Made by a program: the position numbers and the translations under genes. This document shows positions 18,470 through 28,599 of a DNA stretch of 64,000 nt, in pieces. How positions within the stretch are numbered: the stretch's first letter is position 1; each line of letters opens with the position of its first letter. The notes beneath the pieces are model-generated. The model was not told the DNA's origin and searched no databases. It worked only from the letters and a program-made list of their open reading frames with translations. This DNA is from an uncultured bacterium (lineage in GTDB: Bacteria; Zixibacteria; MSB-5A5; UBA10806): assembly GCA_965541585.1 (NCBI GenBank), contig CBEUCH010000001.1:384001-448000 (forward strand), read 5' to 3'.

Positions 18470-19594
18470 ATGTTCTCAAAATTTTTCGAATGGTACGATA
18501 AAAGGCACGATTATGCCAGAAACTGGCTGGCCGAAAACGGCGGCGAGGTGGTCGGCTGTTTCTGCAGTTACGCGCCGGAGGAGATAATCTACGCCGCCGG
18601 GCATCTGCCGATGCGGATGTTGGGTTCCCACGAACCTCAGGATGTCACCGAACCGCATATCTTCGGCATGTTCTGTCCCTTCTGCCGCGATGTTCTGGCA
18701 CAGGGGCTCAAGGGGCGATACGATTATATGAAGGGGATAATGATCTCACAATCCTGCCTTCATTTGCGGCAATCGTTCACATCATGGAAGAAACATGTCC
18801 CGGTCGATTACGCTTATTATCTCTACATGCCGAATAAAGTGCAGACCGAACATTCCCGTCCGTATCTCAAAGGCGAGCTGGAGAAATTCAAGAAATCTCT
18901 GGAGGAATGGACTGGGAAGACTATCACAGATAAGGCGTTGCGTGAAAGCATCGATCTGTACAACGAAAACCGCCGGCTGATGCATGATGTCTATAATCTT
19001 CGCAAAGGGCCCAATCCACCGGTTACGGGCCTCGAAGCCATGGTCATGGTGGCCTCATCGTTTTTCGTTGATAAGAAGGATCATAATGCCGAATTAAAGA
19101 GGATTCTCCCCGAGCTGAAATCCCTAAATCTCGAGCGGGAGACGGGGTCGCGGCTGATGATTGTCGGTTCGGAAGACGATGACACCGAATTTGTCAAAAT
19201 GGTGGAGTCTGTGGGGGCGACAATTGTTGCCGACGATCATTGCACCGGCTCTCGTTATTTCTGGAATCTCACCGAATCGAACGGCGATATCCTGCAGGAC
19301 ATAGCCAACAGGTATATAGATCGTCCGCCCTGCCCGACCAAGGATTGGGAGGAACGCCGACGGTTTCCGCACGTTCTGCAGATGGCGAAGGATTTCAAGG
19401 TTGACGGCGTCATTCTGATTCAGCAAAAATTCTGCGATCCGCATGAATGTGATATACCGATCTTGAAAAATTATCTGAACGAGAATGGGTTCCCGTCGCT
19501 GTTTTTGGAATTCGACGTTACCGTGCCGCTCGGGCCGATGAGGATCAGGGTAGAGGCGTTTCTGGAAATACTTGGAGAAGACGAACTATTTTAG
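18470..19594 (+). CDS. bzdN: Benzoyl-CoA reductase, bzd-type, subunit N
   Basis: 2-hydroxyacyl-CoA dehydratase fold; [32 protein letters not shown] and QQKFCDPHE motifs; gene order. Confidence 0.92.
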   Translation: MFSKFFEWYDKRHDYARNWLAENGGEVVGCFCSYAPEEIIYAAGHLPMRMLGSHEPQDVTEPHIFGMFCPFCRDVLAQGLKGRYDYMKGIMISQSCLHLRQSFTSWKKHVPVDYAYYLYMPNKVQTEHSRPYLKGELEKFKKSLEEWTGKTITDKALRESIDLYNENRRLMHDVYNLRKGPNPPVTGLEAMVMVASSFFVDKKDHNAELKRILPELKSLNLERETGSRLMIVGSEDDDTEFVKMVESVGATIVADDHCTGSRYFWNLTESNGDILQDIANRYIDRPPCPTKDWEERRRFPHVLQMAKDFKVDGVILIQQKFCDPHECDIPILKNYLNENGFPSLFLEFDVTVPLGPMRIRVEAFLEILGEDELF

Positions 19595-19620
19595 GCGGTT
19601 ATCCGCAAGAGGGAAAGATC

Positions 19621-20928
19621 ATGGCAGAATACAGGACAGAACCGCTGAAATGCTGGAACAAGGCTAAAGAGCTGCGGCTCAAATATTATAAGGATTACCA
19701 GGAGGCGCACAAGAAAGGCGGTATCCGCTGGACGGGCGGCGCCTGGGCGTTCGATGCCATCCCCGCCGGTCTGGGCCGCGACGTTTACAATATCACCGGC
19801 GAGCCTTACGCGGCCTCGGTGGCATTCGATAAGCCGTTTTCACAGAAATGTATGGAGGCGGCTGAGGCCAAGGGATGGGCCCGCGATTTGTGCAGCTACA
19901 TGCGGAATTACTGGGGCTCGATGTATCTTAATAAATATGAGTTCGGTGGTGAATATCCCACTCCCGATTTCTGTTACCAGGATCATATCTGCTGCAGCCA
20001 TGCAAAATGGTATCAGCACGTGGCAGAATACAAAAAGATCCCTTATTTCTGTATCGATGTCTCAGTCGGCCCATACAATGAACTCGACGAGAACAGGCTG
20101 ATGTTCGTGGTCAACCAGATGCACGAGGCCATAGAGTGGCTGGAGAAGGTGACCGGCAGGAAATACCAGGACGAGCTATTAATCGAAGCCGTGGAAAACG
20201 AACTGAGATCAACCTCGACCTGGGCCGAGATCTGCTATTATAACATGGCCAAGCCTGCACCCCTTGATGAAAAAACCATGTATTCTCTCTATGTGCACGG
20301 CACTCTGGCCAAACATTCAAAAGAGATGGCGGATTTCTACGAGGAGCTACGGGATGAAGTCAAATACAGGGTAGAGAATTATATTGCCGCCCTGCCCGAG
20401 GAGAGATGCCGGCTGATGTCCGATACTCAGCCGCCGTGGGGATTTTTAAAGGTTTTCCGTTACCTGGAGCAGTATGGCGCCGTGTCGATCGGTTCATTGT
20501 ATACGTTCGGGCTGATCGGTATCTGGGAGACGAAACCGGATGGCACCTGGGGACCGAGAACAACTCCCATGCAAAAAGGCGAAAAGATCACCTCCCGCGA
20601 CCAGGCGTTGAGGATATTGGCCGATTGGAATCTCTCCAAACCGGAATGGCAACATTTTTACTCTCCGCATCTGAAAACCGAGATGATGCTTCAGATCGTA
20701 AAGCAATGGAAACTGGACGGCGTTATGCTGCACCTGAATCGTGGTTGCGAGGGTCTATCGTGCGGCATTATGGAGAACCGGCTGGGAATAGCCGAAGCCG
20801 GCGTGCCGGTCATGACTTTTGAAGGAAATATGGGCGATGAACGTGAATTCGATGAGAAAAGAGTCATTACCAGAATCGATTCTTTTATGGAAACACTGGA
20901 TCTACAGCTATTAAAGGCTGAGAAATAG
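19621..20928 (+). CDS. bzdO: Benzoyl-CoA reductase, bzd-type, subunit O
   Basis: [35 protein letters not shown] and HLNRGCEG motifs. Confidence 0.92.
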   Translation: MAEYRTEPLKCWNKAKELRLKYYKDYQEAHKKGGIRWTGGAWAFDAIPAGLGRDVYNITGEPYAASVAFDKPFSQKCMEAAEAKGWARDLCSYMRNYWGSMYLNKYEFGGEYPTPDFCYQDHICCSHAKWYQHVAEYKKIPYFCIDVSVGPYNELDENRLMFVVNQMHEAIEWLEKVTGRKYQDELLIEAVENELRSTSTWAEICYYNMAKPAPLDEKTMYSLYVHGTLAKHSKEMADFYEELRDEVKYRVENYIAALPEERCRLMSDTQPPWGFLKVFRYLEQYGAVSIGSLYTFGLIGIWETKPDGTWGPRTTPMQKGEKITSRDQALRILADWNLSKPEWQHFYSPHLKTEMMLQIVKQWKLDGVMLHLNRGCEGLSCGIMENRLGIAEAGVPVMTFEGNMGDEREFDEKRVITRIDSFMETLDLQLLKAEK

Positions 20929-20957
20929 TGAGCCGGGAAGTTTAAATTTGATCAGAT

Positions 20958-21743
20958 ATGGGAGCTATGATGACTACAGCGGGTATTGATATCGGGGCCA
21001 AGTTAGCCAAGGTTCTGATACTGAGAGATCGGGAGGTTCTTGGTATTTCTCAGGAGCCGGTGGGGTTTGAACCCGTGGTGGCTGCAGAGAGAGCCTTCAA
21101 TCAGGTCTTGAAGCAATCCGGTTTGACTGAGAAAGATGTTGAAGTAGTTTATGCGACCGGGGCCGGCCGGAAAGTTGCGCCGCGTACAAATGGTTCAATC
21201 ACGGAGGTAACCGCCGCCGCCAGAGGGGCTGTATATTATCATCCTTCCGTGCGAACGATTATCGAAGTGGGCGCTGAGGAAGGCCGGGCCGTGAAATGCG
21301 ATGAAAAGGGGAAGGTTCTGGATTTTGCCATCAATGAGAAATGCGCCGCCGGCGCCGGCTCTTTCACCGAGGCCATGTCCAGGGCGCTGGAGCTCGATCT
21401 GGAGGATTTCGGGAAGATTTCTCTGGAATCCACCAAATCGATACCCATGAATGCCCAGTGCGCGGTATTCGCAGAGAGCGAAGTGGTTTCGCTAGTGCAT
21501 GCCAAAACGCCGAAACAGGATATCGCCCGGGCGGTTCATGATGCTATCGCCAGCCGAATTGTATCTATGGTCAGGCGGGTGGGAATCAATAAGGATATTG
21601 CGCTTGTGGGAGGCGTTTCATACAATCCCGGGTTTGTGGATTCCCTAAATCGGGCACTGGAAGCGGATGTGATTGTCCCGGATAATCCGGAATATGTCGG
21701 GGCGTTAGGGGCGGCGATTATTGCCGGTGAAAGGGGTAAATGA
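20958..21743 (+). CDS. bzdP: Benzoyl-CoA reductase ATP-binding activase subunit P
   Basis: ASKHA GIDIG, NEKCAAGAG and QCAVFAESE motifs; gene order. Confidence 0.88.
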   Translation: MGAMMTTAGIDIGAKLAKVLILRDREVLGISQEPVGFEPVVAAERAFNQVLKQSGLTEKDVEVVYATGAGRKVAPRTNGSITEVTAAARGAVYYHPSVRTIIEVGAEEGRAVKCDEKGKVLDFAINEKCAAGAGSFTEAMSRALELDLEDFGKISLESTKSIPMNAQCAVFAESEVVSLVHAKTPKQDIARAVHDAIASRIVSMVRRVGINKDIALVGGVSYNPGFVDSLNRALEADVIVPDNPEYVGALGAAIIAGERGK

Positions 21744-22624
21744 TGCCTGACGAAAAGAAAGAATTCTGGCGCTGGAAGGAATACAACTGGCATGATGAAA
21801 CCGGGGATTGGAAGGGATCCGAGACGATCACTGCCGGTGCGGATGTGGGTTCGGTCAGTTCCCAGGCCGTAATTCTGGTAGATGGTAAGCTTTACGCTTA
21901 CTCAAATATGCGTACAGGCTCAGATAGCCCGGATAGCGCCAGGAATGCAATGGACTGGGCTCTTCAGGATACCGGTATAAAGATGGAGGATATCCATTAT
22001 ATTGTGGGCACTGGTTATGGACGCGTGAATGTCCCGTTTGCCAACCGGGCCATTACGGAGATAGCCTGCCATGCTCGCGGGGGGAATCTTATGTACGGGC
22101 CGACGGTTCGGACTATCCTCGATATGGGAGGGCAGGATTGCAAGGCGATTCGTTGCGATGAGAGAGGGAAAGTCACAAATTTCCTCATGAATGATAAATG
22201 TGCTGCTGGAACCGGAAGAGGGATGGAGGTTTTCGCGGATCTTTTGGCTGTCCCGATCGAAGACGTCGGAGACCTGTCTCTGGACGTGGATGAGGAGCCC
22301 CCGCCAGTGTCCTCGACCTGCGTCGTGTTCGCAAAGTCCGAGGCTTCTTCTCTGCTCAGAGAGGGATGGTCAAAGAAGCGGGTGCTGGCCGCTTATTGTT
22401 CTGCCATGGCGCACCGGGTTGTTACTCTCCTTGACCGTGTAGGGGTTGAGAAAGATTTCGCTATTACGGGCGGTATCGCCAAGAATAGCGGTGTTATTAC
22501 CAGGCTTGAAAAAGAATTGGACCTTGTATCCTTGAAGTCGAATTATGATACTCAGATCGCGGGCGCTCTGGGCGCCGCTCTTTTCGCAAAAACGCTGGTG
22601 GAAAAACAGAGGAAAAGTGCCTGA
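21740..22624 (+). CDS. bzdQ: Benzoyl-CoA reductase ATP-binding activase subunit Q
   Basis: FWRW.E..W N-terminus, DVGSVSS, TEIACH, DMGGQD and MNDKCAAGTG motifs. Confidence 0.92.
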   Translation: MMPDEKKEFWRWKEYNWHDETGDWKGSETITAGADVGSVSSQAVILVDGKLYAYSNMRTGSDSPDSARNAMDWALQDTGIKMEDIHYIVGTGYGRVNVPFANRAITEIACHARGGNLMYGPTVRTILDMGGQDCKAIRCDERGKVTNFLMNDKCAAGTGRGMEVFADLLAVPIEDVGDLSLDVDEEPPPVSSTCVVFAKSEASSLLREGWSKKRVLAAYCSAMAHRVVTLLDRVGVEKDFAITGGIAKNSGVITRLEKELDLVSLKSNYDTQIAGALGAALFAKTLVEKQRKSA

Positions 22625-22905
22625 TGAAAGCCAATTACGGATATATGGACGGCAGCGGAGAATATTTCATCACCATCGATACCGATCTCTGCATCAAATG
22701 CCCTCATCATGGCTGTGTTGATGCCTGCCCGGTGAACTTTTTCGAAGTTATCGTGGATGACTATGATGATGAAGTGGTTGCTGTTAAGGAAGAGCACCGC
22801 AAGAAACTGAAATACGACTGCGCTCCCTGCAAGCCGATTTCCGATCGACCGCCACTGCCATGTGTTACAGCATGCACGCCCGGCGCCATCACTCATTCCT
22901 GGTAG
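22624..22905 (+). CDS. bzdM: 2[4Fe-4S] ferredoxin, BzdM-like
   Basis: ANYGY.DGSG N-terminus; Cx2Cx4Cx3CP and Cx2Cx10Cx3C clusters; C-terminal HSW; follows bzdQ. Confidence 0.85.
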   Translation: MKANYGYMDGSGEYFITIDTDLCIKCPHHGCVDACPVNFFEVIVDDYDDEVVAVKEEHRKKLKYDCAPCKPISDRPPLPCVTACTPGAITHSW

Positions 22906-22989
22906 ACAGGGAGTCGGTCGCTGTTTTAGGTAATGCCGGTATCAATCTGCAATTTCGATTGGGCAATTAATTAGGATATCAAAAGAGCA

Positions 22990-25521
22990 ATGGCAAAGCT
23001 GACCATCGAGATTGACGGGGCCCGAATTGAATGTTCCCCGGGAAAGACAATTCTCGAGGCGGCCGATTCGTCGGGCATTTATATCCCGCGCCTGTGCTAT
23101 CACCCCGACCTGTCACCAACCGGCGAGGTACCCCGGGTAGACTCCATCTATCAGGCAGATGTTAAAATCTCCGGAGAGAGGCCGGGTATTGCGACTGGGG
23201 AAGAGACCCATTGCAATTTATGCTTGGTCGAGGTCGCCGGGTGCTCCGAACCTGTGAATTCCTGTATCACTGCCGTCGAGGATGGCATGGTCGTGCGAGC
23301 GAATACGGAAAATATAAGAAATCTGCGAAAAGGAGCTTTAAGCAAGATTCTCGCCGACCATCCTCACGCCTGCCTGACCTGCGCCCAGAAGGAGGGATGC
23401 AGCAGAACTGAATGCTCGTTGAATGTCCCGACGGATGAGCGGTGTTGTATCCTTCTCGGTCACTGCGAATTGGAAAAGGTGGCCGATTGCATCGGTATCC
23501 CTCCCGATACTTTAAAATATAAGCCGAAGCATTACCCCGTAGTCAAAAGCGACCCCTTGTTCGACAGGGATTTTAATCTCTGCATCAATTGTCTGCGTTG
23601 CGTAAGAGTCTGCAGCGATATTAGAGGTGTGAATGCATTGGGCACTGTATGGAAGGATGGTCGCTTCTGGGTGGGAACGGTTGGGGGCGCTAAGCTCAAT
23701 GAGACTGACTGCCGGTTCTGCGGCGCCTGTGTTGAGGTTTGCCCTACAGGGGCGCTACTTGATAAAGAGGGTGTTCCCGCAATTCGAAAAGATGTCCCGG
23801 TTCCCTGCGTCGGGAGTTGCCCGGCAGGCATAGATATCCCCCACTACGTACAATTGATAGCAAAGGGCAGAAATCGCGAGGCGCTGGAACTGATTCGAGC
23901 TCGCGTGCCGTTCCCCGGTATCCTCGGTTATGTATGTTTCCATCCCTGCGAAGATGTCTGCCGGCGGGGAGAGATCGATCAACCGATAGCTATATGCGCT
24001 TTGAAACGTTTTGTGGCGGATTATGCAAATGACGGAGATCTACTGCAGGTCGAGAAACAACCAGATAAAGGAAGAAAAATAGCGGTTATAGGTTCAGGCC
24101 CCACTGGCCTTACTGCGGCCTATTACCTATGCGTTTCGGGGTATCAGGTTGATCTCTATGATGATGCCGATAAACCGGGCGGCATGTTACGCTATGGCAT
24201 TCCCGACTATCGTCTTCCTCCGGAGATTCTGGAGCGGGAATTAAAGATCATGGATAAGATGGGTATTAATTTTATAATGAATCAGAGAATCGACAGCCAT
24301 TTCGGGATTCCTGAGCTTAAAGCCGGCGGTTTCGATGCAATTCTGATAGCAGCGGGAGTATCGACAAGCAAGAAACTGTCCCTTCCTGACTCCGATCTTG
24401 AGGGAATATTCAAGGGGCTGGAATTCTTAAGATCAGCTAAAATATCTCATGAGCCTCAACTGACGGGCAAGGTAGTGGTCATTGGCGGTGGTAACGTTGC
24501 TATCGATGCCGCCATGACGGCCTTGCGTCTGGGTGCAAACAACATTAATCTTGTATGTCTCGAATCGCGGGAGGAAATGCCCGCTCATGAATGGGAGATA
24601 AATCAGGCAATAGAGGAAGGTGTGGAGATTCATTCGTCGTGGGGGCCTGGGGAATTCAAATCCCGGAATAACAGGGTATCGGGCGTGGAACTGGTTAGAT
24701 GCACAAGGGTAGTAGATGAGCAGGGTCGGTTTGATCCGCAATACGATGAAGATGAAACCAGCCATATTGATGCTGATTATGTGATTATTACAATCGGTCA
24801 GGAAATCGACCGGGGGCTCTTCGAACATGTTGCAAATCTTCAAAAGGGTCCGGGACAGCCATTGAAGGTAGATGAGAATCTGGCAACCGGCATTGACGGG
24901 GTTTTTGCTGCTGGGGACGTTGTGCGCGGACCATCGTCGGTGGTGGAGGCCATAGCCGACGGACGGAAGGCGGCGGAGGCCATAGATCGATATCTGGGTG
25001 GCGACGGCATTTGTGAGATTATTCTTGATCTGGCCGGCCTCGACTCTCCCATTCTGGGTAGTTCCGGCGATTCGATTAAGCGTCCGAGGCAAACTGCAAA
25101 AATAGCCGCCCCTGTGGAGCGAAAATCGGGATTCGGTCCGATCGAGGAAACATTTCAGGAACAGGCAGCGAAATATGAAGCAGAAAGATGCCTGCAATGT
25201 CAATTACGGCAGATGATTACGCCGGTCATCCTGCCGCCAGAAAGGTGGTTATCTCTGGATAAAGAGGGGGTGGAATCCATACCTGATTCAGAGGGCGTTT
25301 TTCAGTTGCTCGACGCTGAGAAGAAGGTAATCAGGATTTCGGGAACCGCAAATCTGCGGCAGGGCCTGTCGGAATGTCTGGAAAATCCGGGCGATGGGGC
25401 TTATTTTATATGTGAAGAAGATCCCATGTATACCAAGCGGGAGAGTGAATTGATTCAGAAATATCTTCAGGAACACGGAAGGCTACCGGTCGGCAATGAT
25501 ATGGGAGACGAGTTATTCTGA
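22990..25521 (+). CDS. bzdV: BzdV-like NAD(P)H:ferredoxin oxidoreductase (2Fe-2S, 4Fe-4S and GltD/NfnB-like FAD domains)
   Basis: IPRLC N-terminal 2Fe-2S domain, two CxxCxxCxxxC motifs, PC..CPAG, GSGPTG and GGGNVA dinucleotide motifs, extra C-terminal domain. Confidence 0.8.
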   Translation: MAKLTIEIDGARIECSPGKTILEAADSSGIYIPRLCYHPDLSPTGEVPRVDSIYQADVKISGERPGIATGEETHCNLCLVEVAGCSEPVNSCITAVEDGMVVRANTENIRNLRKGALSKILADHPHACLTCAQKEGCSRTECSLNVPTDERCCILLGHCELEKVADCIGIPPDTLKYKPKHYPVVKSDPLFDRDFNLCINCLRCVRVCSDIRGVNALGTVWKDGRFWVGTVGGAKLNETDCRFCGACVEVCPTGALLDKEGVPAIRKDVPVPCVGSCPAGIDIPHYVQLIAKGRNREALELIRARVPFPGILGYVCFHPCEDVCRRGEIDQPIAICALKRFVADYANDGDLLQVEKQPDKGRKIAVIGSGPTGLTAAYYLCVSGYQVDLYDDADKPGGMLRYGIPDYRLPPEILERELKIMDKMGINFIMNQRIDSHFGIPELKAGGFDAILIAAGVSTSKKLSLPDSDLEGIFKGLEFLRSAKISHEPQLTGKVVVIGGGNVAIDAAMTALRLGANNINLVCLESREEMPAHEWEINQAIEEGVEIHSSWGPGEFKSRNNRVSGVELVRCTRVVDEQGRFDPQYDEDETSHIDADYVIITIGQEIDRGLFEHVANLQKGPGQPLKVDENLATGIDGVFAAGDVVRGPSSVVEAIADGRKAAEAIDRYLGGDGICEIILDLAGLDSPILGSSGDSIKRPRQTAKIAAPVERKSGFGPIEETFQEQAAKYEAERCLQCQLRQMITPVILPPERWLSLDKEGVESIPDSEGVFQLLDAEKKVIRISGTANLRQGLSECLENPGDGAYFICEEDPMYTKRESELIQKYLQEHGRLPVGNDMGDELF

Positions 25522-25778
25522 TGGCAACCGGCATAATAGATAGGTTGAAGGCCGATGGCTGGGAGCAACAATTCACCGCCTCCGGGGCTCGATTGGAGGA
25601 GGCCGTGGACAATTACAGGGCCCTGGGATTCGAGGTCAAAACTGTTCCGGTGAAGGAGCTCGGGGGCAACGGTTGTACAATCTGTTTCGATGATGAAAAC
25701 GATATTAGTATGATGATTTTCACAAGAAAAGCGGGCATTCGGCAGAGTAATGAATTATTTTCAGATAATGGTGGTTAG
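25521..25778 (+). CDS. Small hypothetical protein with CxxC
   Basis: Start overlaps the bzdV stop; GW..QF.....RL.E....Y..LGFEV and CTIC. Confidence 0.75.
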   Translation: MATGIIDRLKADGWEQQFTASGARLEEAVDNYRALGFEVKTVPVKELGGNGCTICFDDENDISMMIFTRKAGIRQSNELFSDNGG

Positions 25779-25835
25779 TTCCAGCCGGGATTTTCTTGCG
25801 ATGGAGATTGTTGTTGTGAGTGAAAGGAGTATTCG

Positions 25836-26858
25836 ATGAAAGCGGCAGTATTTTACGGTCCGGGTCACCCGTTGAAGATAGAGGAAGTTCCCACTCCGGA
25901 ACCAATTGCCGGGCAGGTCTTGATCAAGACGGCCGCCTGTGGTGTATGCCATACGGATTTGCATTATATAGATCACGGGGTACCGACTTTCAAGAAACCG
26001 CCTCTCATTCTGGGTCATGAGCCCTCGGGGACAATAGCCGGCCTGGGGAAAGATGTCAGCGGTTTTAAGGAAGGCGATAGGGTTCTGGCGCCGGCTGTCC
26101 TGACCTGTGGTAAATGTGAATTCTGCCGCACCGGGCGTGAAAATATATGTGCCGCTATGGTGATGTTCGGCAACAATATCGACGGCGCCTATGCCGAGTA
26201 TTTTCTCGCTCCCGCCAAAGATATTTTCCATCTGCCGGACGAAATACCTCTGCAAGAAGGTTCTATTATAGCCGACGCTATATCCACACCTTTTCATGCT
26301 ATCAAGAACCGGGCGGAAGTTAAACCGGGCGATACTGTTGTCATTCTTGGTTGCGGCGGAGTCGGCATAAATCTTGTCCAGATGGCGGCCGCGGTCGGAG
26401 GATCGGTTATCGCCGTCGATATATCGCCGGAGAAGCTCGAATGGGCTAAAAAACTGGGTGCCGACATTACAATAAATCCATCGGAGGATGAAAACTGGAC
26501 GAAAAGCGTCAAAAAAATGACCGGCGGCGGGGCGGATATCGCTATCGAGGCAATTGGCAATCCATCCACCATCGAGACGGCGTTCAATACCTTGAGGAGC
26601 GGCGGCCGGCTAGTTGTGCTGGGCTATACCCACAAAAATATTTCGCTTAACGCCGGCAAGATCATGTTTCGTGAGATGGAAGTAGTGGGGTCGCTCGGAT
26701 GTCGTCCCGTTGATTATCCGAAACTGATCGAGCTTTGCCGTCTGGGGAAGATAAAGGTCAAGGAGCTGGTGACAGGCAGATTTCCGCTCGACAAGATAAA
26801 CGACACTTTTGACATCCTGAGGAAAGGTGAAGGGCTGAGGTCTATTATAACTTTTTGA
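25836..26858 (+). CDS. had: Zn-dependent dehydrogenase, probable 6-hydroxycyclohex-1-ene-1-carbonyl-CoA dehydrogenase (Had/BzdX)
   Basis: CGVCHTD, GHE, structural-Zn CxxCxxC..C and ADA.STP motifs; bzd context. Confidence 0.8.
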   Translation: MKAAVFYGPGHPLKIEEVPTPEPIAGQVLIKTAACGVCHTDLHYIDHGVPTFKKPPLILGHEPSGTIAGLGKDVSGFKEGDRVLAPAVLTCGKCEFCRTGRENICAAMVMFGNNIDGAYAEYFLAPAKDIFHLPDEIPLQEGSIIADAISTPFHAIKNRAEVKPGDTVVILGCGGVGINLVQMAAAVGGSVIAVDISPEKLEWAKKLGADITINPSEDENWTKSVKKMTGGGADIAIEAIGNPSTIETAFNTLRSGGRLVVLGYTHKNISLNAGKIMFREMEVVGSLGCRPVDYPKLIELCRLGKIKVKELVTGRFPLDKINDTFDILRKGEGLRSIITF

Positions 26859-26894
26859 TTTAATGTGAAGTTTTCTTCATAGAGGATTAAGGAC

Positions 26895-28040
26895 ATGAAT
26901 TTTGAATTAACGGAAGATCAACTGGCGGTCCGGGATGTAGCCCGGGGTTTCGCAGAGAAGAAGTTGAAACCGAGGGCCGAGGAGTTCGATGCCGAATCGA
27001 AAATGGATACGGGCCTGATAAAGGAGATGGGGAAGCTGGGTCTTTTGGGAATCGCACTACCGGAGGAGCATGGCGGCGGCGGCATGGATACCGTTTCGTA
27101 CATGGTTGCGGTGGAGGAATTATCCAGAGGATGTCCATCCCACGCGGCGGTACTGGCATTGCATAATTCACTCTATGGTGATCCGATCGTCCGGTTCGGG
27201 ACTGACGAGCAGAAAAAAAAGTATCTTCCCGGCGTGTGCAGCGGGGATCAAATCGGTGCATTTGCGCTTTCGGAACCGGGGGCGGGTTCGGATGCTGCCG
27301 CTCTCGCGACTACGTATGTGAAAAAGGATAATGGTTTCATTATAAACGGCACTAAAATATTTATCACCATGGGCTCACTGGCGGATAGTGTGATTGTATT
27401 TGCCACATCGAAAAAGGGTTCCGGTCCGAAGGGGATCACGGCATTTTTGGTGGATAAGGGAACCGAAGGATTCGGGATCGGTACCATTGAAAAGAAAATG
27501 GGATTCAAGGCGTCACCGACAACGGAGATGATTTTTGATGATTGCTTCGTACCCGGCGAGAATATTCTCGGTGACGAGGGCCAGGGATTTAACATCGCCA
27601 TGTCCACGTTGGATTGCGGAAGGATCAGCGCGGGAGCGCTTGCCGTTGGTATTTCCCAAGCCGCATTCGATATAGCCCTGCAGTATTCGAAACAGCGTGA
27701 GCAGTTCGGCAAACCGATATCTGCATTTCAAGCGATTCAGTTCCATCTGGCGGATATGTCGATCATGATAGAAAACGCCCGGCTTCAGGTTTACCGGGCG
27801 GCCTGGTTAAAGGACCAGGGTCGACCGTATTCGCTACAGTCGGCGCAGGCCAAGGTTTACGCCTCCGAGATATCATCGCAGGTGACCCACAGGGCGATTC
27901 AGATTCTGGGCGGTTACGGATATATGCGGGAATACCATGTCGAGAGGATGTATCGGGATGCCAGAGTTACGGAGTTGTTCGAAGGCACATCGGAGATACA
28001 GCGGCTGGTAATTGCCAGGCAACTGCTGAAAGAGAAATGA
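26895..28040 (+). CDS. Acyl-CoA dehydrogenase
   Basis: FALSEPGAGSD, NGTKIFIT, REQFGKPI..FQ, GGYG and catalytic FEGTSEIQR motifs. Confidence 0.95.
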   Translation: MNFELTEDQLAVRDVARGFAEKKLKPRAEEFDAESKMDTGLIKEMGKLGLLGIALPEEHGGGGMDTVSYMVAVEELSRGCPSHAAVLALHNSLYGDPIVRFGTDEQKKKYLPGVCSGDQIGAFALSEPGAGSDAAALATTYVKKDNGFIINGTKIFITMGSLADSVIVFATSKKGSGPKGITAFLVDKGTEGFGIGTIEKKMGFKASPTTEMIFDDCFVPGENILGDEGQGFNIAMSTLDCGRISAGALAVGISQAAFDIALQYSKQREQFGKPISAFQAIQFHLADMSIMIENARLQVYRAAWLKDQGRPYSLQSAQAKVYASEISSQVTHRAIQILGGYGYMREYHVERMYRDARVTELFEGTSEIQRLVIARQLLKEK

Positions 28041-28053
28041 TAGATTCTTTAAA

Positions 28054-28599
28054 ATGAAAGAGATCACGTTTTACGGACGGGGCGGACAGGGGGCGGTGGT
28101 TGCCTCCGAGATCCTGGCCAACGCATATTTCAAGGAGGGATACCAGGTGCAGAGTTTTCCATCGTTCGGGGTGGAGCGTCGCGGAGCGCCGGTTACAGCC
28201 TTTCTGCGGATCGACAGGGAATTTATTTACCTGAGAAGTATGATATATAAGGCGGATATGGCAATCGTGCTGGCCCCCGATATTGTGAATTCTCCAACCT
28301 TCATACCGTCGCTGAAGAATGATGCCGTGATAATAGTAAATTCAAAAGAGGAATTAAAGGAATTATCGGAATATCGAGTTTATTTTGTGGATGCAACCGG
28401 GATCGCCGTTGAGCACGGGCTGGGATCCAGCGCCCAACCGCTGGTAAACACAGCCTTGCTGGGGGCATTTGCAAAGATAAGCGGCAACCTTGGTCTGGAT
28501 AATTTACTGCATGCGGTAGAGAAACAGGTACCGCAAAAAACCGATCAGAATATTCAGGCGGCAAGAAAGGCGTACGACTCGGTGGTGGGAGATGAGTAA
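28054..28599 (+). CDS. 2-oxoacid:acceptor oxidoreductase gamma subunit
   Basis: GRGGQG, PSFGVERRGAP and VNT.LLGA motifs. Confidence 0.93.
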   Translation: MKEITFYGRGGQGAVVASEILANAYFKEGYQVQSFPSFGVERRGAPVTAFLRIDREFIYLRSMIYKADMAIVLAPDIVNSPTFIPSLKNDAVIIVNSKEELKELSEYRVYFVDATGIAVEHGLGSSAQPLVNTALLGAFAKISGNLGLDNLLHAVEKQVPQKTDQNIQAARKAYDSVVGDE

